This document shows, one piece after another, positions 58,524 through 64,000 of a DNA stretch of 64,000 nt (position 1 is its first letter; every line of letters starts with the position of its first letter). Both the position numbers and the translations under genes were made by a program. The DNA lies in the NCBI GenBank assembly GCA_965203635.1, contig OZ241903.1, positions 292,232 to 356,231 of the forward strand. Reading direction: 5' to 3'. The DNA is from Candidatus Aldehydirespirator sp. Its GTDB lineage: Bacteria; Actinomycetota; Acidimicrobiia; Acidimicrobiales; Aldehydirespiratoraceae. The notes under the pieces were generated by a model. The model made no database searches. It was given only the letters and a program-made list of their open reading frames with translations, and was not told where the DNA came from.

Positions 58524-58657
58524 TCGCCGTTCTCGCCGGTGCGGGCACGAGCCCGCCGCCGCAGCCGCCGGCCGCGCACCATCAGGCTGGCCGCGTAGAT
58601 GCCGACCGCGGCCAGCGTGACGCCCCAGGCGCCGAGCACGTAGCCGGCCTGGCTCAC
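58520..58657 (-). CDS. ccmD: Heme exporter protein CcmD (small, one TM)
   Basis: GTG 58657 overlaps the ccmC stop (GTGA). 45-aa product VSQAGYVLGAWGVTLAAVGIYAASLMVRGRRLRRR... Confidence 0.55.
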   Translation of the reverse strand: MSQAGYVLGAWGVTLAAVGIYAASLMVRGRRLRRRARARTGENGE

Positions 58658-59433
58658 CGGCCGGCCTCGGCGCGCCGGGCCGCTAGCGCATCGTCGAGGT
58701 CGCGGGCCCGGAGCTGCCGCTCCAGCCAGCCGATGCGGAAACGGTGCGTCATCATCCAGAGAATCGCCATCGCGGCCACGACGAAGGCCAGGAACAGGGT
58801 GAACAGGGTGAGGTCCTCGAGCTTGCCCTCTGTGAGGGAGGACTGCTGGTGAAGGGTGCGGTTGGCCCACCAGTTCACCGACCGGTTCACGATGGGAATG
58901 TTGACCCCGCCGACCAGCCCGACCACCGCGGCCCGGGTGGCCACCGAGTCCGCATCGCCGCCGAGGGCCCGAACCGACAGGTAGCCGACCATGACCAGGA
59001 ACAGGATCAGGGTGGTGACGAGACGCACGTCGCCCCACTCCCAGTAGGTCCCCCAGGTGGGGCGGCCCCAGAGCATGCCCGTGACCAGCGTCAGACCGCA
59101 CAGCAGGACCCCGACCTCGGCACCCGCATGGGCGGTGACGTCCCACCACACCGACCGGCGCCACAGCCACATCACCGAGCCCAACGCGGTCACGCCGAAA
59201 GCGGTGTAGGCGCCGAGAGCCGAGGGCACGTGCACGAAGATGATGCGCACCGAGTCGCCCTGCACATCGTCGGCCGGCGCAGCCAGAAGGCCCAGAACGG
59301 CCACGCCGGCCAGGCCGATCAGGGTGACCAGCCCGAGCCAGAAGGTGAAGCGCGACCCGGTGCGAGCGGGGCCGCCGAGATAGGAGGCGATCAGCGGCTC
59401 GGAGGGCGCGCTCTCAGGCTCCGGGGACGTCAT
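58654..59433 (-). CDS. ccmC: Heme exporter/handling protein CcmC
   Basis: WWD-type motif WGTYWEWGDVRL in a six-TM protein. Confidence 0.9.
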   Translation of the reverse strand: MTSPEPESAPSEPLIASYLGGPARTGSRFTFWLGLVTLIGLAGVAVLGLLAAPADDVQGDSVRIIFVHVPSALGAYTAFGVTALGSVMWLWRRSVWWDVTAHAGAEVGVLLCGLTLVTGMLWGRPTWGTYWEWGDVRLVTTLILFLVMVGYLSVRALGGDADSVATRAAVVGLVGGVNIPIVNRSVNWWANRTLHQQSSLTEGKLEDLTLFTLFLAFVVAAMAILWMMTHRFRIGWLERQLRARDLDDALAARRAEAGR

Positions 59434-60125
59434 GTGTCCTCCAGCAGCAGGCCGTAGACGACTGCGCCCAGCACCGCGTTCACCGCCGCGAAGCCGGCCA
59501 GCAGCCCGACCCAGGACCAGCCGTCCACCGCGACGGTGCCGAACCCGTCGGCGAAGGCCCGGGTCGCCGCGATCAGCACCGGCGCCGACACTGGAAGCAG
59601 CAGGATCGGCAGGACCGTCTGATGGGCTCGCACTCCGGCTACCACAGCACCGAGAAGGCTACCGGCGGTGGCCAGGCCCACCGTCGCCGCGACGCAGGTT
59701 GCGACCACCAGCGGGAGCGACTCGATCTCCGCGTCGTACAGCAGCACCACGCCCGGCACCAGCAGCACCTCCACGATCAGCAGCTGCACGGCCACCGCCG
59801 CGGCCTTGCCCGCGAACGCGGCGGCCGGAGCCATCCCGCTGAGGAGCAGCATCCGGCGGGCCCCGTCGGTGGACTCCACGGCCACAGACCGCTGCACGGC
59901 CACCACGGTGGCGAACAGCACCGTCATCGGTAGCAGCCCCGGCGTGGCCAGCCGCAGCGTGGGCCGGTTGGCGTCGAGAGCGAACCCGAACAGCACCAGC
60001 ACGAGCACCGCGAACGGCAGCACCTGGCCCAGCGCGGTGCGGGCCCGCCACTCGATGCGCAGGTCCTTGGACGCCACGAGGACGGCGTCGCCCGCGAACA
60101 GGCTCAACCCGCGCCAGGCGGTCAC
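59430..60125 (-). CDS. ccmB: Heme exporter permease CcmB
   Basis: GTG 60125 overlaps the ccmA stop. Polytopic membrane protein; the upstream Arg/Gly-rich part of the track ORF is a shadow. Confidence 0.85.
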   Translation of the reverse strand: MTAWRGLSLFAGDAVLVASKDLRIEWRARTALGQVLPFAVLVLVLFGFALDANRPTLRLATPGLLPMTVLFATVVAVQRSVAVESTDGARRMLLLSGMAPAAAFAGKAAAVAVQLLIVEVLLVPGVVLLYDAEIESLPLVVATCVAATVGLATAGSLLGAVVAGVRAHQTVLPILLLPVSAPVLIAATRAFADGFGTVAVDGWSWVGLLAGFAAVNAVLGAVVYGLLLEDT

Positions 60126-60769
60126 GGCCCCAGCCCCTCCGCCAGTGTGCCGCCCGCCATCGTCACTGTGCGAGTAGCGAGGTCGCCGGCCGGTCCGGTC
60201 TCGTGGGAGGCCATCACGACGGCGGCACCGGCCGCGGCCGCGGCCTCCACGACGTTGTCCACGATCTCGCGGCCTTCGGAGTCGAGTCCGGCGTGGGGCT
60301 CGTCGAGCAGCCACAGCTCGGGGCGGCGCACCACGATCGCGGCCAGCGCCACTCGACGGCGCTGCCCCGCCGACAGCCGATCGGTGGGGACGTCGCGCAG
60401 CCGCGGGGGCAGCCCGAGACGCTCCAGCGCGCCCGGCACATCGGCCCCGTCGACCCTGGACGCCCGGGCCCACACCTGGAGGTTCTCGGCTGCGGTCAGC
60501 TCGCCGTAGAGCGCAGTGTCATGGCCGAGCAGACCCACCCGGCGGCGCACCGCGGCCCGGTCGTCACCCAGGTCGCAGCCCAGCACGTCGCCGTGCCCCT
60601 CCGACAGTCGCAACAGGCCGGCGCACAGGTGCAGCAGGCTGGACTTGCCCGCACCGTTGGGGCCCCGGACCAGGACGACCTCGCGTCGCTCGACCTCCAG
60701 GTCGACCCCGGCCAGCGCCGGGAATCGCCCCAAGAGCACGACCGCGCCCTCAAGACGCACAGCGGTCAC
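60122..60769 (-). CDS. ccmA: Heme exporter ATP-binding protein CcmA
   Basis: Walker A GPNGAGKSS, LSAGQRRR signature and Walker B LWLLDEP. Confidence 0.9.
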   Translation of the reverse strand: MTAVRLEGAVVLLGRFPALAGVDLEVERREVVLVRGPNGAGKSSLLHLCAGLLRLSEGHGDVLGCDLGDDRAAVRRRVGLLGHDTALYGELTAAENLQVWARASRVDGADVPGALERLGLPPRLRDVPTDRLSAGQRRRVALAAIVVRRPELWLLDEPHAGLDSEGREIVDNVVEAAAAAGAAVVMASHETGPAGDLATRTVTMAGGTLAEGLGP

Positions 60770-60779
60770 GAGCCTAGGT

Positions 60780-61232
60780 TCAGGGGCGGCCGACCCCGGT
60801 GATGCGGGAGGGGTGGATGAACACCGCGGTCCGGCGTTCGGCCGCCATCACGCGGTCGTACTCGTCCCAGTCCCCGTGGCTGCCGCCGGCGGCGGTGAAC
60901 ACATCCCGCAGGACCCGGGGAACCGCTGACGGGTCGACACCGTCGAATCGATCATCGGGGCCGATGATCGTGGTGGCGCCCTCCACCCCGACCCACGACC
61001 AGCCCACCCGGAAGACGATGGTGGCCTCCGGGGCGCGGCGCCAGTGACGCAGCTTCACCGAGTTGCCCCGCACCACCAGAGCCACGACGTCCTCGCCGGT
61101 CACCGGGTGGGCCATCACCCCGGCGTTGACCAGCGAGGAGTGAACCGAACCATCAGGGCGCCCGAACGACACGACGGCAAGGCCCTGGTCGGCGGCTACG
61201 AACGTGCGCACATCCTCCATCGTGTGGCTCAT
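60780..61232 (-). CDS. Pyridoxamine-5'-phosphate-oxidase-like (possibly F420-dependent) split-barrel protein
   Basis: ATG 61232, 150 aa, PPOX-like beta-barrel pattern (VVSFGRPDGSVHSSLVNAGV...). Confidence 0.65.
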   Translation of the reverse strand: MSHTMEDVRTFVAADQGLAVVSFGRPDGSVHSSLVNAGVMAHPVTGEDVVALVVRGNSVKLRHWRRAPEATIVFRVGWSWVGVEGATTIIGPDDRFDGVDPSAVPRVLRDVFTAAGGSHGDWDEYDRVMAAERRTAVFIHPSRITGVGRP

Positions 61233-61246
61233 ACGGCTACTCCTAG

Positions 61247-62038
61247 TCAGGCGACCGGGTAGAAGTGGCCGGCGTTTACCACGAGGGTCTGGCCGGTGAT
61301 CATGCGGGCCCGCTGCGACGCCAGGAACACGACCGCTTCGGCCACGTCGGAGTCGGTGGGCATCTCCCGCAGGGCCATTGTCTGGGCGATCTCGTGCTTG
61401 ACCTCCTCGACGGTGATGCCCCTCGTGCCGGCCTGCCACTCGCAGTAGAGCTTGACGTTGGGCCCCCACATCCAGCTCGGAACCACGGTGTTGACCCTGA
61501 TGCCGGAGGGACCCAACTCGGCGGCCAGATCGCGTGCCAGCGACAGCAGCGCCGACTTGGCCGCCCCGTACGGGCTCTGGGGGAACTCCGGCACCGGCCT
61601 CATCGAGGCCTGCGATCCGATCAGCACCACCGACCCCCCGCCGGCCGCTACGAAGTGGGACTCGACCGCCCGCACCACGTGCACCGCGCCGAGCACGTTG
61701 ACGGTGAGGTTGAGTTCCCAGTCCTCGTCCGTCGTGCGGTGCCACGCTCCCTTCTGGGTGTCGAGGGCAGCCACATTGACCACCGCGTGAAGCGCCCCGA
61801 ACCGCTCGGCGGCCGCGTCGGCCGCGGCAGTGCAGTCCTCCTGGCTGGTGACGTCGCCCGCGCAGGTCACCACCCGCTCGCCGCTGGGATCGAGCTCGGC
61901 GGCCGCCGCGGCCAGGCGGTCCGCGTTGCGGGCCATCACCGCCACGTTGGCCCCGTCGCGCAAGGCCAGACGGGCGCAACTGGCGCCCAATCCGGGGCCG
62001 ACGCCCACCACCATCACGGTTCGTCCTTCGAGGATCAT
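61247..62038 (-). CDS. Short-chain dehydrogenase/reductase
   Basis: VVGVGPGLGAS cofactor motif and catalytic YGAAK. Confidence 0.88.
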   Translation of the reverse strand: MILEGRTVMVVGVGPGLGASCARLALRDGANVAVMARNADRLAAAAAELDPSGERVVTCAGDVTSQEDCTAAADAAAERFGALHAVVNVAALDTQKGAWHRTTDEDWELNLTVNVLGAVHVVRAVESHFVAAGGGSVVLIGSQASMRPVPEFPQSPYGAAKSALLSLARDLAAELGPSGIRVNTVVPSWMWGPNVKLYCEWQAGTRGITVEEVKHEIAQTMALREMPTDSDVAEAVVFLASQRARMITGQTLVVNAGHFYPVA

Positions 62039-62084
62039 GGCCCCAGTCTCTACCGCTGCGGAGCCGCTGCCAACGAAGCGGCGG

Positions 62085-63851
62085 CTATTCCAGGATCCAC
62101 GCCACCGGCCGGGGCTCGCCGGCGCAGGACGTGTCGGGCACCCGCTCCGGTTCCGACAGGAAGTCGCCGACGATGTCGTCGATGCAGCCGTCGTCCACCC
62201 AGACGCCGTGGTGGGCCCCGTCGCGCACCACCAGCGTGGCGTTGGGCAGGTGCTCCGCGGCCATGTCTGCGAACTCCGGCGGGGTGATCGGGTCGAACCG
62301 CCCCGACAGCATCAGCACCGGCTTGTCGCTGGACACCGCCTCAGCCGCCGTCGGCGGCGAGGCGGGAACGTCGATGAGGTCGCAGAGGTGCTCGAAGCCC
62401 TCACCGACCACCGCCGTGGCGAAGACGCTCATAGCCACAGGCTCCGTTGAGTCGAACGGGACGCTGTCGGCGCAGTTGGTCGCGAAGTAGGTGGCCTCGT
62501 GCTCCGACTCGTAGATCAGCAGGCTGTACTCCACCGCCAGGACGGCCAGGTACTCGGCCGACTCGGCGATGCCTTCGACCAGATCGAACAGGATCAGCGG
62601 CAGCGGCTCGGTCAGCAGGTCGAGATAGAGGAACTGGAACACCATCCCGGCCAGCGAGTCGCCGTCGATCAACACGTCCACCGGCTCGCCGAGGCTCGTC
62701 TCATAGCTCTCCAGGCTCACGGTCAGCGGGTCGTCGTTCAGCGCCGCGATGAGCCCGTGCAGCGTGTCCCTGAGGCTGCCGACCAATGCCGAGCATTCGC
62801 TGTCCGCGGCGCAGGCGCCGTCGATCTCGTCGAGCGCCCGCTGCGCGGAGAACACCAGCGCCGGCGTCGTCTCGAGGTCGGGCGGATACACGCCGTCCAG
62901 CACGGCGGCGGCCAGGCTCGCAGGGTCGTCTCGCAGGATCTCCAGCGCGATGGTGGTGCCGTAGCTAACCCCGTAGACAGCCCACCGGTCGAATCCGAGG
63001 GCGGCCATGACGTCCACCACGTCGGCGGCGTGGGCGGCGGTGTCGGTGTGGGCCAGCAGCGGCTCGCCCGCCAGCCGGTCGAAGCAGGCGCGGTAGGCGT
63101 CGGACTCGATCGAGCGCCCCTCGCCCGCACCGGCGCCGAGGACGTCGGCCAGGACGGCCTCGACCTCGGGACAGTCGAAGTCGACCGACCCGAATCCGGT
63201 GCCGCGCTGGTCGACGAACACCTGCGTGTAGGGCTGACGGGGGAAGTACTCGACCATGTCTGTGCTCGGCCCGCCCGGACCGCCCTGCAGCACCGCCAGC
63301 GGCGGGCCTGCTTCACCGGGCCGCGACTCGGCGGCGCCGGGCCACACGAGCAGGCTTATCCGGGTGGTGCCGGCGCTGGGGTCGCCGCGGTCTATCGGCA
63401 CGGTGGCCAGGGCGCAATGAGCGCCGGGAGCGGACGGCACGCTGGTGGGGCACTCGACGCCTGCTATCGGCGGCTCGAACACGATCGCGATGTCGCCGCC
63501 CACTGCGCCGGACGAGCCCCCAGGCTCATCCGATTCGACGGCCCTGTCCGCGGCGACAGCATCGGATGCATCCCGCGGTGGGACCGTCTCCACAGCCGGG
63601 GCATCATCCGCCGGAGCGGACCGATCCGGTTGCGCATCGGAGGTCGCGGGATCGCTCGTCGCGCTCGGCGCGCCCTCGGGACCAGGCGCGCCCGACCCGC
63701 ACGAGGAAGCTGCCAGAGCGACAGCCACCAGAACAGCCACGCCGACCCGGCAAAACGATCTTGGCCGCGCCTTGTCTATCGATCGATGCGCGCGGGAGAA
63801 CACTAGGTTGTTCACGACCTCTGACCTATGGCTTTGACCTCTGGTTTGCAA
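62085..63851 (-). CDS. Secreted alpha/beta hydrolase (tripeptidyl-aminopeptidase-like lipoprotein)
   Basis: Signal/lipobox ...ALAASSCGSG, nucleophile elbow GVSYGT and C-terminal ...DGAHHGV. The exact start is uncertain. Confidence 0.75.
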   Translation of the reverse strand: MQTRGQSHRSEVVNNLVFSRAHRSIDKARPRSFCRVGVAVLVAVALAASSCGSGAPGPEGAPSATSDPATSDAQPDRSAPADDAPAVETVPPRDASDAVAADRAVESDEPGGSSGAVGGDIAIVFEPPIAGVECPTSVPSAPGAHCALATVPIDRGDPSAGTTRISLLVWPGAAESRPGEAGPPLAVLQGGPGGPSTDMVEYFPRQPYTQVFVDQRGTGFGSVDFDCPEVEAVLADVLGAGAGEGRSIESDAYRACFDRLAGEPLLAHTDTAAHAADVVDVMAALGFDRWAVYGVSYGTTIALEILRDDPASLAAAVLDGVYPPDLETTPALVFSAQRALDEIDGACAADSECSALVGSLRDTLHGLIAALNDDPLTVSLESYETSLGEPVDVLIDGDSLAGMVFQFLYLDLLTEPLPLILFDLVEGIAESAEYLAVLAVEYSLLIYESEHEATYFATNCADSVPFDSTEPVAMSVFATAVVGEGFEHLCDLIDVPASPPTAAEAVSSDKPVLMLSGRFDPITPPEFADMAAEHLPNATLVVRDGAHHGVWVDDGCIDDIVGDFLSEPERVPDTSCAGEPRPVAWILE

Positions 63852-64000
63852 TCCCCGACACGAGCCTAGCTGCCTGCCGCGACACGCACCCCTTGGTCCC
63901 GACCAGGATCGGTCAACCTTATGGGCCGGTCTACCAGAGTTGGTCGGTGTAGGTGTCGGTGCCGACGATGGTGGGCAGGAACGGCGCCGCGAAGACGACC

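Noticed and set aside
63931-64000. Open minus-strand frame ending at CTA 63931 (...FLPTIVGTDTYTDQLW-stop), possibly the 3' end of a gene running off the window
   Set aside because: Only 23 codons are visible and no family could be recognised, which is too little to call a feature.

Overview
High-GC (about 68-70 %) chromosome segment of actinobacterial type. The backbone synteny on the minus strand is Mycobacterium-like: argS-lysA-hom-thrC-rho-rpmE-atpI/B/E/F/H/A/G. Other lineage markers are PdtaS, DUF3107, an Rv2466c-like reductase and the MSMEG_4193/DUF3090/SCO1664 triad. Positions 1-14.6 kb are this housekeeping backbone. Its oddities are a Rho whose ATPase motifs look inactivated and a kinase-like gene inserted between lysA and hom. 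Positions 14.6-16.8 kb hold a tandem-repeat tract, tRNA-Arg(CCG), an FrhB-like gene, and a DsbA/Rv2466c-like gene whose first active-site Cys codon is an in-frame TGA (candidate selenocysteine). Positions 16.8-27.4 kb are accessory. A 4.9-kb insertion is bracketed by 28-bp direct repeats that each encode the last 8 codons plus stop of the DsbA-like gene. It carries a GmrSD-like DUF262/HNH protein, an AAA/DUF4143 ATPase and a strongly low-GC orphan ORF whose N-terminus resembles HslV/proteasome-beta. I consider this ATPase plus Ntn-hydrolase-like pair, in a defence-type island, the best candidate for an undescribed system. After it come a second DUF4143 ATPase, a vapBC pair overlapping a lipoprotein HNH(DUF1524)-HhH nuclease, and a large SLH/metzincin-motif/FN3 surface protein. 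Positions 27.4-64 kb are mostly metabolic or housekeeping genes: etfBA, acyl-CoA ligase, a BMP-type ABC transporter with a GntR regulator and a deaminase, pdtaS, mrp, a complete System I ccmABCDEFGH cluster, an SDR and a hydrolase. A roughly 40-53-nt intergenic repeat occurs three times in the same orientation. No rRNA, CRISPR array, integrase or transposase was recognised. All calls come from reading the sequence and ORF translations; no database search was possible.
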